Part shown: positions 8,607 through 19,300 of the stretch, piece after piece
How the letters are laid out: each line of letters begins with the position of its first letter
Numbering within the stretch: the first letter of the stretch is position 1
NCBI GenBank assembly: GCA_963666285.1
Contig: OY762711.1
Length of the DNA stretch: 64,000 nt
Source: Sedimentisphaerales bacterium
Lineage (GTDB): Bacteria; Planctomycetota; Phycisphaerae; Sedimentisphaerales; SM23-30
Direction: 5' to 3' (one strand)
Position numbers and translations under genes: made by a program
The notes under the pieces: model-generated
Told to the model about the DNA's origin: nothing
Seen by the model: only the letters and a program-made list of their open reading frames with translations
Database searches by the model: none

Positions 8607-9578
8607 ATGAGTGTGAAAAAAATAAGTTTTGTAAGTCAAAGCGAAAATGAAACTAAGGCAAGTCTGTTATATTTGACTTCATCTGTTAGTAAGTTCAAAA
8701 GTGAAAAGCGAAAACTCAGTTCAATAATAAAAACATTAGAACTGTTTGAGCTTGAAAGAAAAGGTTCCCCCATGTTTAAGTTTCTTGTTAGAGAATATGG
8801 GTTAAGCTGTTCTAAACAAGAGTTTGACGAAATCCGTGAACATATCAAATACAAAGCGGAAAAAAAGATTAAGATTGAAAATTATTATTTTGTTCAAAAT
8901 TTAGTTTATGAAGAAGACCTTCAATTCCTAAATAACAGGTTCCTTAAAAAGGAGGAAATTCAATTCTATTTATATAAAATCTCTCAAGCTTTGCTTGAAG
9001 AAAAATATGAGGGAACTAGGACCCTCAGTCGAAACTATTTGTTAAAATTCGCTGACAATTATAAGAGGAACACAGGGAGGACACTGAACAAGAATAAGAT
9101 TGCTTACATGAATAAGTTACTAGTCAAATTAGGATTATTGCAAACACAAGATTTCAGGAAATTCTACATAGGGGAAAATCATCCTTTATTTCATACTAGC
9201 CTTGTTAGTGAAGAAGTTAGACATGTTAAATTTAAAAATATTGCCCCTCTAAATGAACAAATAAGGGAAGCAAAACAGGATTATGATAACCTTGTTAGTG
9301 GTTATCAGGAACTTCAGGCAGAAAATGAAGCCTTAAAAAAGCAAATAGAAGACATGAAAAAGAATGAAATAAGGAGAGATAAGATGAGTTTAATAGTTGC
9401 GAAAATAGAAGATTTGAAAGAAATTGAAAACCAAGAACCTGTTTATTCATTTTTTGACTTTGGTTCTCCTCCTGAAGGAGTTGAAAATGTGGAAGATGAC
9501 AAAGAATTATACATTAAATGCGTGAATAGTTATAAGGGAAGTTATAAGGGAAGTTATGATAGAAGGAATAAAAATTGA
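8607..9578 (+). CDS. Hypothetical basic protein with C-terminal coiled coil; possible replication initiator
   Basis: RBS AGGAG; Lys-rich; lies downstream of the iteron-like array. No diagnostic motif recognised. Confidence 0.6.
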   Translation: MSVKKISFVSQSENETKASLLYLTSSVSKFKSEKRKLSSIIKTLELFELERKGSPMFKFLVREYGLSCSKQEFDEIREHIKYKAEKKIKIENYYFVQNLVYEEDLQFLNNRFLKKEEIQFYLYKISQALLEEKYEGTRTLSRNYLLKFADNYKRNTGRTLNKNKIAYMNKLLVKLGLLQTQDFRKFYIGENHPLFHTSLVSEEVRHVKFKNIAPLNEQIREAKQDYDNLVSGYQELQAENEALKKQIEDMKKNEIRRDKMSLIVAKIEDLKEIENQEPVYSFFDFGSPPEGVENVEDDKELYIKCVNSYKGSYKGSYDRRNKN

Positions 9579-9695
9579 ATAATATACTTAAAGAAAGAAT
9601 AAGTCCCCCAAAAAATAAAACAATTTAAAGCCTGTTTGATGTTAGTGGGGACTGCATTGAGCGGGCTTTTTCTTTTGAAACAGGAGAATAAAGAA

Positions 9696-10103
9696 ATGGA
9701 AAATGTGAAAGAAATGAAAGAAATGAATTATGATTGCGGAGATTTTTACTTTCGCAAAAATGAAATGGGAACAGAAATAGTGTGGGAAACTGACCCTTAC
9801 ATATATTTTGGAGAAATTGATTTTGATATTAATGCAGCGGATGACCCTAACTTTAAAGAGATGGATATTGATGGCGATTTTAATTTTGAGGACTGGCAGC
9901 GAAAACAAGGAGAACAGGCAATTGAGGAGATTATTGCTTGTATAGTGGAAAAATTGTTAGAATTTTACGATGATGAGGGTGAGTATAGCGAGGTAGGAGA
10001 AATAGAAATTTACAACATTCAAAATGTCCCCAATTCCTCATATGTAAGAGAAATTATTAATATAGGCATTGATCACACAGCTTTAGTCGTGTGGGAAAAA
10101 TAA
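9696..10103 (+). CDS. Acidic hypothetical protein
   Basis: RBS AGGAG before ATG 9696; very Asp/Glu-rich. Confidence 0.65.
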   Translation: MENVKEMKEMNYDCGDFYFRKNEMGTEIVWETDPYIYFGEIDFDINAADDPNFKEMDIDGDFNFEDWQRKQGEQAIEEIIACIVEKLLEFYDDEGEYSEVGEIEIYNIQNVPNSSYVREIINIGIDHTALVVWEK

Positions 10104-10123
10104 AATATAGGAGAAGAAAGAAG

Positions 10124-10360
10124 ATGAATGAGAATGTTTTTATAATAACTTTTGACAAAGATTATTGTTTTTACTTTATAGAAAGTCTCGGTTTCTTCTA
10201 AAACAGGGACTTCTATAAAGTAAAATGGGATTCTGAGAGAGAAGGTGTTTTCCCATCAAAGATAGAAAAATGTGAGAAAGTGTATAAAACCAAGGAATCC
10301 TGCAATAAGGTTTGTAAAGATTTGAATGCTTATGTTTCATCAAAACTTATGTGGTATTAA
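10124..10360 (+). pseudogene. Small ORF with an in-frame TAA at codon 26
   Basis: AGGAG, then MNENVFIITFDKDYCFYFIESLGFF*NRDFYKVKWDSERE...LMWY*. The frame stays open after the TAA at 10199-10201. Confidence 0.45.
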
Positions 10361-10383
10361 TAAAAAAGATAACCATCTCTCAT

Positions 10384-10409
10384 AGCCCTGTTTTTCAGGG
10401 CTTTTTTTA
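10384..10409 (+). terminator. Terminator (copy 2 of 3)
   Basis: AGCCCTGTTTTTCAGGGCTTTTTTTA. Confidence 0.8.
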
Positions 10410-10535
10410 CGCCTATTCTCAAACTCTATCCCTGTCAGATTATTTTTTAAGATTCTCAAAAATAAAAGAAGGATTTCTCAATTCTTTATTGAAATCATTT
10501 ATATAAGAATAATAAAATAATGGAGAATTGGAAAA

Positions 10536-11441
10536 ATGGGAAAAAGTTACACTTACCAACAAGTTCAAGAAATTTTTGAAAAATATGGGATGAAACTTCT
10601 ATCAGAATTATATGTTAAAAATGATGAGAAGCTATCTGCACTCTGTAGTTGTGGAAAAAAATGGGAAACATCTCTTAACAATTTCAATAAATTAAAACAT
10701 AAAACCTGCCCTAGTTGTAGGCAAAAAACACTATATGACCTTGAACAAGTCAAAGAGGAGTATGAGAGAAGAGGGTATAAGTTACTAGCCACTACATATA
10801 AAAATGACAAGTCTCCTCTTGATTGTTTATGCAGTTGCGGAAGACCTGCAAAAATTTCTTTGTATGACCTTAAAAAAGGCTATAGATGTAGGGAATGTTG
10901 GTTAGAATCTCACTCAGGAAAAAACAATTGTAACTATAATCCTAATCTCACCGCTGAAGACAGGGACAGAGAAAGAAGCCGAGAAAATAAAGCTTGGGCT
11001 AAGGCAGTTAAGGAAAAAGACAATTACACTTGTCAGGTCTGTGGTAAAAGAGGAGGAACAATGAATAGTCATCATCTCTATAACTACTCAAAATTTCCTG
11101 AGTTCAGAACTGAATTAAAAAATGGAAAATGCTTGTGTAGGTCCTGTCATTATAATTTTCATCAGGGATATGGTTACAAGGAAAATGAAGCTTCTGATTA
11201 CCTCTTCTTCAAAAATGGAGAAGATAGTCTAATTGTAGATTTTGCAGGTCCATTCTCCCTTAAAGCCTTCTCACCTGATCAACTAAATAAGGCAATAAAA
11301 GAGACTCAAGGAGAAAGTTTTAATAATGTTCCTGTTGAACAATTCCTGGGGAAGAAAGAGAAGAAAGAAAAAAAGAACTACCACTATAACCAACTCTCTA
11401 CAGGTTATAGCAAAGATTATTTTAATTCGATTAATAAATAG
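10536..11441 (+). CDS. HNH endonuclease with repeated N-terminal zinc-binding domains
   Basis: Two CSCG...CxxC repeats; KDNYTCQVCG...NSHHL...NGKCLCRSCHYNFH. Confidence 0.85.
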   Translation: MGKSYTYQQVQEIFEKYGMKLLSELYVKNDEKLSALCSCGKKWETSLNNFNKLKHKTCPSCRQKTLYDLEQVKEEYERRGYKLLATTYKNDKSPLDCLCSCGRPAKISLYDLKKGYRCRECWLESHSGKNNCNYNPNLTAEDRDRERSRENKAWAKAVKEKDNYTCQVCGKRGGTMNSHHLYNYSKFPEFRTELKNGKCLCRSCHYNFHQGYGYKENEASDYLFFKNGEDSLIVDFAGPFSLKAFSPDQLNKAIKETQGESFNNVPVEQFLGKKEKKEKKNYHYNQLSTGYSKDYFNSINK

Positions 11442-11461
11442 AGAATAAAGGAGAAAAGGAA

Positions 11462-11653
11462 ATGAATTGGAACAGTTATATAAGCAAAAAAGAAAAACCA
11501 CTTTCAAAAGAGCAAGCTAGGCAATTAAAAGAAATAGTTTCAAATAGTTTTGATAGTCTAATCAGCTACATTGAAGAAGAGCAAGAAAGAATGAGAAAAG
11601 ATATGAACAAATCATTTGATGAGTTAAAAAATAAGTTAGAACAAATGAAATAA
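11462..11653 (+). CDS. Hypothetical coiled-coil protein
   Basis: Strong RBS; 63-aa charged helical ORF. Confidence 0.6.
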   Translation: MNWNSYISKKEKPLSKEQARQLKEIVSNSFDSLISYIEEEQERMRKDMNKSFDELKNKLEQMK

Positions 11654-11788
11654 ATATATGAAAAAAGTAAAAGCTAAAACAATTTAGAGCAACAGCCTGA
11701 ACAGGGATTCTGAGGGACAGGAGGAGGACTAGGAGAGCAGGAATAAGAGGGAACTGAAGTTTAGTTTATCCTGCTCTTCATTTTTAAT

Positions 11789-12130
11789 ATGCCATATTTA
11801 CCAAAAACAAACTCACAGAGAAACAAGGAAAATAGCCCATTCAAAAAGTTTTATGAGAAGCAAGAGAAACTTCAGAAAAAAGAACATGAGAAGAAGAGAG
11901 GAACAGCAGCTCAAAGAGGTTATGGTTCAAGGTGGCAAAAGACAAGAATAGGATTCTTAAAGAAACATCCTCTTTGTGTTGAATGTCTGAGAAATGGGAT
12001 AACTAAGGAAGCTACTGTAGTTGACCATATAATCCCACACAGGGGAGATATGAAATTATTTTGGGATAGTAAGAATTGGCAAAGTCTTTGTAAACAATGC
12101 CATGATAAAAAGACAGCAAGAGGAGAATAG
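11789..12130 (+). CDS. Terminase-associated HNH endonuclease (HK97 gp74-like)
   Basis: RGTAAQRGYGSRWQK...HPLCVEC...VVDHIIPHRGD...NWQSLCKQCHDKKT; upstream of the terminase genes. Confidence 0.92.
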   Translation: MPYLPKTNSQRNKENSPFKKFYEKQEKLQKKEHEKKRGTAAQRGYGSRWQKTRIGFLKKHPLCVECLRNGITKEATVVDHIIPHRGDMKLFWDSKNWQSLCKQCHDKKTARGE

Positions 12131-12133
12131 GGA

Positions 12134-12655
12134 ATGCATAAAAATAGTATGAACATTATGAATGAGTTATTAACTAACTATTTAAACAAGGAAGAATCTC
12201 TTTACATTGCAGACATAGGAAGCCTTGATGTTAATGGAACATATAAGACTCTTATCCCTAGTCAATGGACATATACAGGCTATGACATAGCCAAGGGAAA
12301 CAATGTAGATATAGTTATGAGTTCTCCCTTCTCTATCCCCGCCCCTGATAAGTCATATGATGTTGTTTTGTGCGGACAGGTAATAGAACATTGCTGTCAT
12401 CCTTTTAGGCTTATGGAAGATATTTACAGGATAACCAAGGACAATGGTTATGTGTTTGTTGTGGCTCCCTCTGTTTGTCCTGTACATAGGTACCCTAAAG
12501 ATTATTGGCGTATCTTTCCCGATGGAATGAAAGAACTATTAACTCAATCAGGGTTTGCTTGTTTAAATGTTTACGAGAGTCCCAGGAATGCCCTCAAAAG
12601 GATTTCTAAATATAGGATGATAGATTGTGTAGGCATAGGAAAGAAGGCTTTGTAG
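12134..12655 (+). CDS. Class I SAM-dependent methyltransferase (small-molecule/glycan type)
   Basis: IADIGSLDVNG, YDVVLCGQVIEH, HRYPKDYWR. Confidence 0.85.
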   Translation: MHKNSMNIMNELLTNYLNKEESLYIADIGSLDVNGTYKTLIPSQWTYTGYDIAKGNNVDIVMSSPFSIPAPDKSYDVVLCGQVIEHCCHPFRLMEDIYRITKDNGYVFVVAPSVCPVHRYPKDYWRIFPDGMKELLTQSGFACLNVYESPRNALKRISKYRMIDCVGIGKKAL

Positions 12656-12684
12656 GTTCTGTGAGAGCCATTAAAAGGGTAATT

Positions 12685-12765
12685 GGGGTATGGGGGGTAA
12701 AATCTCTAAGAGCCTAGAAAACCAAGACCGAAAGCCCCCATTTTCCGCGAAAAAATACCAGTTTT
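12685..12765 (+). promoter_or_regulatory. Probable cos (packaging) region
   Basis: GGGGGGTAAAATCTCTA...GACCG...GCCCCC...CGCGAAAAAA just upstream of terS, resembling the cos context of HNH/P27-type phages. Confidence 0.55.
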
Positions 12766-12803
12766 TCAGAGATAATAAATATTTTTATTAAAGGAAAATA
12801 AAT

Positions 12804-13178
12804 ATGGAAATACAAAAACTAAATAAAGACTTCATCCCTGAGGACCTCTCACCTGAAGAAGTTGAGGTATGGAATAAACTAGCTCCTCAACTGATTGAAC
12901 TAGAAATAATCAATTCTCTTAATTATTTAATTCTATCACGCTATTGTTCCTTGGCAGTTCTTAACATTCAACTAACAAAGAAATACCCAAACAACACACA
13001 GGGAATAAGACTAAGGAACCAAGAATTAAAAAAGATGGAAGAAGAGTTATGTTTAACTCCTCAGGCTTATAACAAATGGATGAAAGATAGATTGATAATT
13101 TCTGAAAGAAAGAAAAAGCAGGAAAAGGGAAATAATAATAGAAATATAGATGAAGATGATGAAAAGTTTTTCGGATAA
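12804..13178 (+). CDS. terS: Terminase small subunit (P27-like)
   Basis: PEDLSPEEVEVWNKLAPQL...LSRYC...ELCLTP; position before terL. Confidence 0.75.
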   Translation: MEIQKLNKDFIPEDLSPEEVEVWNKLAPQLIELEIINSLNYLILSRYCSLAVLNIQLTKKYPNNTQGIRLRNQELKKMEEELCLTPQAYNKWMKDRLIISERKKKQEKGNNNRNIDEDDEKFFG

Positions 13179-13650
13179 TAAATAAAATATTTAAACGGGG
13201 AAAAAATAGAATGAGTGTAAAAATTGATTGTGATGTTATGTTTCCAAGTTTTCAATGGCGAGATAATAAGAGAAGTAAAGAAGTCAGGGACAGGAGTTTC
13301 TACAGTAATATTATATTTATATCATAAAAAATGAGTGTGAATAAATCAGAAATAGACAACTTAATAGAATTGATTCCTAACTATTCTCCTACAGAAACAT
13401 CAGAAGAAGGAATGTATTTCGATTATGAAGAAGCTGAGAGAGTTTTAGACTTCTTCCAAAAACATCTTAAATATGTTAGAGGAGAGAAGGCAGGACAGCC
13501 TTTTGAACTAGAACCTTGGCAAAAATCAATCATTATAAATCTCTTTTCATGGAAAAAGATAAATGGGGAAAGAAGATATAGTCAATCATTTATTTTCATA
13601 CCAAGAAAGAATGGAAAGAGTTTTTTAGTTGCTGGTATTTTAACTTATAT

Positions 13651-14985
13651 CTGAACTTTTGCAAAATTAAAAAATTAACGTTAAAATGTGGTATAGACCG
13701 ATAAAATTTGATAGCAGAGCACTCCGAAAACCCAGAAAGGATTTTGGTATGCCAGCTATAGTACAATACCCTACAGTAGTCCAGCAAGCTGTCGATGAAT
13801 TTGGCGATCATTTTCAAAATGAGCCTGAACGTCGTCATTTTGCTGAGTATATCACCGGTCTTATCATTGCCCGCAAGAAAAACGTCTCTGCCATCAACAG
13901 GGAATTTGCATTTGCCTCTGATCAATCCTGTCTCAACCGGTTTCTCACCGATGTTGAATGGGACGAAGAATCGCTTAACACTGCCAGACTGGAGTGGCTG
14001 CAGAAAGACCCTAAAACCAGATATAGCGATTCTGGGGTTATTGCCCTTGATAATGTTCTGATAGACCATAGTGGTAAACATATTGAGGATGTAGGATATT
14101 TCTGGGATCATGCAGATCAACGTAATAAAATAGCCCATGATTACCTGATAGCCAATTATGTCTGTAATTCCGGGAAACATTATCCTTTGGAGTTTTACAG
14201 ATTTGTCAAAAAAGAAGATTGTCTGGAACGGGGCATTGAATTTCAGGATCATAATATCCTTTTCCGCAATCTGGTTGACTGGACTGTAGCTAACGATATT
14301 CCCGGTGACTTTACCTTCGATAGCTGGTTTACCCATAGCGACAACCTTAACCATATAAACCAGTATGAACGTAATTATGTTGGTGATTTGAAAACAAATC
14401 GTAAGACTATATTTCAGGGCAAAGTAATAAAGGCTGAAGAAGTAGCCAAATCTATTGACCCTGAAATCAAAAAACTCATAACTATTGGCAAGCATCGCCA
14501 ATATTACTTTACTAAAAGTATCAGGATTCCTGGTGTAGACCACAAAGTACGTATCCTGATTATCTGGCATAAAAAGAATGATATTGAACCTAAAAAGATT
14601 CTGGTTTGCAATCGATGCAACTGGGAAGCGATTCGTATCCTGAAGGTCTATCGCTGCCGCTGGCAAGGCACAGAGTGCTTTCATCGAGACGGCAAGCAGT
14701 ATTTGGGCATGGGCGACTGTCAGCTTAGAAGCGGCCTGGGTCAGACAAGACACATGTACATGGTGTTTCTGGCGTATAGCGTACTTTTGACTCAAATGCA
14801 GCAGAACCGTGTGTGTGAATGGGCACGAGAACGCCTGACGACCATAGGACAATCTTGTATGGCAGTTATGCGAGAAACTCTCAGCAATACAATCGCTTGG
14901 GTGGTTGATCAAATCGAATCCAACGGAACAAGTTTTAAACGTATTAAAGTACAATTAGCTTTACCCTAATTTTGCAAAAGTTCAG
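13651..14985 (+). mobile_element. IS701-like insertion sequence (1335 bp)
   Basis: Terminal inverted repeats CTGAACTTTTGCAAAATTA / TAATTTTGCAAAAGTTCAG; flanking direct repeat TTATAT (13645-13650, 14986-14991). Confidence 0.92.
13749..14969 (+). CDS. DDE transposase (IS701/DDE_5-like)
   Basis: IALDNVLIDHSGK, TFDSWF, YRCRWQGTECFHRDGKQYLG. Confidence 0.9.
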   Translation: MPAIVQYPTVVQQAVDEFGDHFQNEPERRHFAEYITGLIIARKKNVSAINREFAFASDQSCLNRFLTDVEWDEESLNTARLEWLQKDPKTRYSDSGVIALDNVLIDHSGKHIEDVGYFWDHADQRNKIAHDYLIANYVCNSGKHYPLEFYRFVKKEDCLERGIEFQDHNILFRNLVDWTVANDIPGDFTFDSWFTHSDNLNHINQYERNYVGDLKTNRKTIFQGKVIKAEEVAKSIDPEIKKLITIGKHRQYYFTKSIRIPGVDHKVRILIIWHKKNDIEPKKILVCNRCNWEAIRILKVYRCRWQGTECFHRDGKQYLGMGDCQLRSGLGQTRHMYMVFLAYSVLLTQMQQNRVCEWARERLTTIGQSCMAVMRETLSNTIAWVVDQIESNGTSFKRIKVQLALP

Positions 14986-16320
14986 TTATATATGTTATTG
15001 TGCTGGTGAGCCTGGGAGCCAGGTCTATAGTGCAGCAGCTTCAAGGGAACAGGCTTCCCTTATCTATAATGATATGGCAGCTATGATAGAGAGGAATCCT
15101 TCTCTCTCAAAGAGAGCCAATTTAACTAAAGCCTATAAAAAAATAGAAATTGAGTCTAAAGAGGAATGTGTTTTTAAGTCTCTTTCTTCTGAGGGAAAGG
15201 TTTTACATGGTCTAGATATATATGCACTATGTATAGATGAACTTCATTGTATCTCTGACAGGGAATATTTAGCGGCTCTCACAACGGCTCAGGGAGCAAG
15301 AAAGAACCCTCTTACTATATATATAACTACTGCTGGAGTCTATGAGCCTAATAGCCCTTGTTATGAGAAATATGATTATTCTAAAAAGATAATTGAGGGA
15401 GTTATTCAAGATTCTTCATTTCTCCCTGTTATATTTGAAGCTGATAAAAATATAGATTGGCGAGAAGAGGAAACATGGAAACAGGCTAATCCTAACTTGG
15501 GTGTTTCTGTATCATTAGATTATCTAAAAAAGAAATGTGAGGAAGCTAAAAACCTTCCTTCAGAAGAGAATAATTTTAAGAGACTCCACCTTAATCTATG
15601 GACAGAACAATTAGATAGATGGCTCCCTATGGAAAATTGGAATGAGTGTGATGAACTGCCTTCCAAGGATAATTCTATAAAATGGTATGGTGGTCTTGAT
15701 ATGTCTACAGTTACAGACTTATCTTCATTTGTTTTAGTGGGAGAAGATGAAGAAGGATATTTCCATGTTCATACTTGGGCGTTTATTCCCAAGGATAACA
15801 TAACAAGAAGAGAAGAAAGAGATAAGGTTCCCTTCTCTGTATGGGCTAAAGAAGGAAAGATAGAACTAACAGAAGGAAACTCAATAGACCATGATTATAT
15901 AAGGAAAAGAATAGGAGAGATTGCTGAAGAGTTTGAGATAAAAGAAATAGCAGTAGATAGAGCTAATGCAACTCAGATAATAACTCAACTAATGGGAGAT
16001 GGTTTTGAAATTGTCCCTCATGGACAAGGTTTTCTCTCTATGAGTTCTCCTTCAAAGTTTTTAGAAACTCTTCTATTGCAGAAGAAAATTAAACATGGAG
16101 GACAGCCTGTTTTAAGATGGTGCGCTAGTAATGTTACAGTTGAAACAGATGCTTGTGAAAACATAAAACCTTCTAAAAAGAAGTCAATAGAAAGAATTGA
16201 TAGTATTGTTGCCTTAGTTATGGCATTAGGGAGACTGATTTCAACTGAAATAGTTGAAGAAAAAGAATCTGTTTATGAGTCAAGAGGAATATTAAGTTTT
16301 TAAGATTGGGAAAAGGGAAT

Positions 16321-19300
16321 ATGGGAGACAAGGAAATAATTAAAATCAATAATAGAAATCCATTTGTTCAAAAAATAAATGAAGCTTCAAATCCTTATAA
16401 CAAGGGAAATAGTATATTCAATGTTAGAAAGAAACCATATGAAGAAGTTAAGGAAGAATTAGTTTCTGTTGTTATCCTGTCTAGAAATGAAGAATTTTTA
16501 TCTCAGACAATAAATAATATGTCTGAGCTGGCTGAGGGACCAATTGAGTTTGTTATAGTTTTGGACGGGGACTATGAACCTGAAAAGATAATTGATGTTA
16601 ATGAAACTCTTCACAGGTCTCATTCTATTCAGTTTGTTTGTAATAAAGAGCCACTAGGGAGAAGACCTTCTTCAAACCTTGGAGCAGAGAGAGCAAGAGG
16701 GAAATATCTTTTCCATTTAGATGCTCATTGCAAAACTGATTGTAAGGCATGGGACACATTACTTAAACAGTCTGTAACTACTCCTTCTACTATGGTTATT
16801 CCTTCCCTGAATAAACTTATTGTTCCTGAATATAAGCAAGTTGGGAATAGGAATGGACACAAGTATATAAGTGTCAATTTTAAGGACCAATGGTCCGGAA
16901 ATAAGGGAAGATATAACTTAGAACCTACTATAACAGGAAATGGAATGGGATGGTTTTTGACAAAGGAATATTATTTATCCTGTGGAGGTTGTGATGTTTC
17001 TTCTCCTGCTTATGTATGGGGAAACTTTGGTATAGAATGGGCTTTGAAAACTTGGCTATGTGATTTTGGTTTAGGAGCTGGACAGGTCCTTCTTACAACT
17101 GAAGTTGTCTTTGCTCATTTATGGCAAAAGAAACTTCCATATAAACAGCCAGGAATAGGGAAAGATAGAAACAGATTAAAAGAAATGTATCTTGATGGAA
17201 AAGCCCCTAATCAAGTTAGACCATTTTCATTCTTTGAAGAGAACCTTGGACACCTTCTCCCTAAAAATAAAGAGACACCTGAGAAACAGCCTTTAAGAGT
17301 TCTACAGGAAGAAACTGAACCTGATGTAACTGTCATTATGAATACTAACGGTCTTTATCCCGATTTGATTGAGGAAGCAATTCAATCATTTATAAATCAG
17401 GATTATCCAAATAAATATTTGAAAATAGTTTCAACTAATAAACATTTGAAACTTGATAGAGAATATGAAGATATAGAAATTATTTATGTTGAACCATTTG
17501 AAAGATTCCCACAACAGATTCAATATGCTTTGAAACAAGTTAAGACTCCTTATTGGTGTATTATGGATTCAGATGATGTTTTCAGTTCAGACCATATTTC
17601 TAAGCTAGTAAAAATAATGTTAAGGGAAAAGAAGAATGGATTAAAAAGCCCTTGTTATGTAGGGATTGATGGAGCCATAGAGCATTGGGTTAATAAAGGA
17701 ACTCCTAAACTTAGAAATAGAGGGTGGTGGTCTTGTCTTTATGATAGAGTTCCTGATGAAAAGATAGATGAAGTATTCAATGAGTTTCTTAATAAGAGAA
17801 ATAAGGACACAGGCTCAGACTTGCATTTTATAAAGAAAGATTTTTGGAATAAGAAACTAGTTCAAGGGAAAAAGACAGCCTATCACAGATTAGGAGTAGC
17901 TTTCCATATTAGAAATGAAAGATGGAAGGATAATTATTATAAAAACTCATTAGAGACTGTTAATAACTATGTTCCTCCTGTATTGGTTCCCAAATGGAAA
18001 AAGGATTATGATAAAATGATAAATGATTTTAATTATCCAAGAGTTACTTTGATTATGAACACTTTTCAAAGGGACATGAAGACTCTTCAAGAATCCATAT
18101 ATTCTTTCTTATGCCAGGATTACCCAAATAAGAAACTTCTGATAGTTAATTCTTCCCCAAAAAGATTAGTTCATAGAGGTTATTCTCCTGATGTTGAAGT
18201 TATAGATATTAAATCTTCTCACCATTTACAAGAGTTTAAGAATGCTTGTAAACACTTGATAGAGAATGCAGGAGATAATGAGTTCTTTTCTATTTTTGAT
18301 GATGATGATGTTTTAAAGCCTAATCATATTTCCCAAATGGTCCAAAATCTTCAGAAAAACAAGTTCAAATCTTGTATAAATAGAAACTATGTAGATTTCA
18401 ACATAAAAAGAAATTCGGGGAAAGAAGTATCTAAGCTTATGTGGTGGAATGGTATTTATCCTGTCTCTCTTTTAGAGACTATTAAATTAGGAACAGATTT
18501 AGAAGGCTTTGATAAGAGATTCATGGAACAGGCTAATCCTGTTGAATATGATGGAGAAGCAACATATATATGGCAAAGAGGAAATGTTATCCATGAATCC
18601 AAAACTAATAAAAACTCTCATGAAGAGAAATTAGATAGGATGAAGAGAGCTAAGGAAGAAGCTATGAACAGGAAAGATGATATCCCCGTTTATGTCAGAC
18701 CTTATATCCCTGATCCACCTATGATAACTGTTTGTATGGTTACTTATGGAAGTCATAAGGCTAAGACTGAAGAAGCTATTCAATCTTATATAAATCAATC
18801 ATATAAGTTTAAGAAATTACTAATTCTGAACACTCACAAGGACCCTATTAAGTTAGAAACTGAATATTCAGATATAGAGATTATAGAATTGCCTAATAAG
18901 AAGTTTAACTCTTTGGGAGAAAAACATGAATATCTAATAAATCAGGTAGATACTCCATATTGGACTGTTCTTGATGATGATGATATTATTCTCCCTTGGC
19001 ACCTTGAAACCTTGGCTTCTGCATTAGTTCATAATAGAGCTAGTTATGATAAGCCTTCACACAAGAGACCTTTATTAACAGGACATAATAGAAAGATTAT
19101 CTCCGTAGATAATAAGTATTCATATATAAAGAGTGGTTCAGGTTGGACCTGTCGAGTATTTGAGAAGTTGAGTCCTGATAAGGTAAGAGGGAAATTACAG
19201 AAGAAAATTAAGGGAACAAGTGAATGTAATTATGATGCTAGGTTCTGTTCTGGGAAATGGCACTCATTTATATTAAATTATCCTGTTCTTCCTTCTTATG

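Larger units (their letters stand above)
13331..16303 (+). pseudogene. terL: Terminase large subunit interrupted by an IS (13331-13650 + 14992-16303 rebuilds a 543-aa ORF)
   Basis: Walker A IPRKNGKS, Walker B CIDELH, ITTAG, GGLDMS, RIDSIVALVMA. Removing the IS and one TTATAT restores ...ILTYICYCAGE... in frame. Confidence 0.93.

Noticed and set aside
5460..12130. Restriction-modification system (methyltransferases plus HNH)
   Set aside because: The HNH genes are several kb from the methyltransferases and look like a homing-type and a packaging-type nuclease; no cognate restriction enzyme is evident.
14972..16303. Stand-alone 443-aa terminase starting at TTG 14972
   Set aside because: The start lies inside the IS inverted repeat and the product lacks the Walker A motif; it is the 3' part of the split terL.
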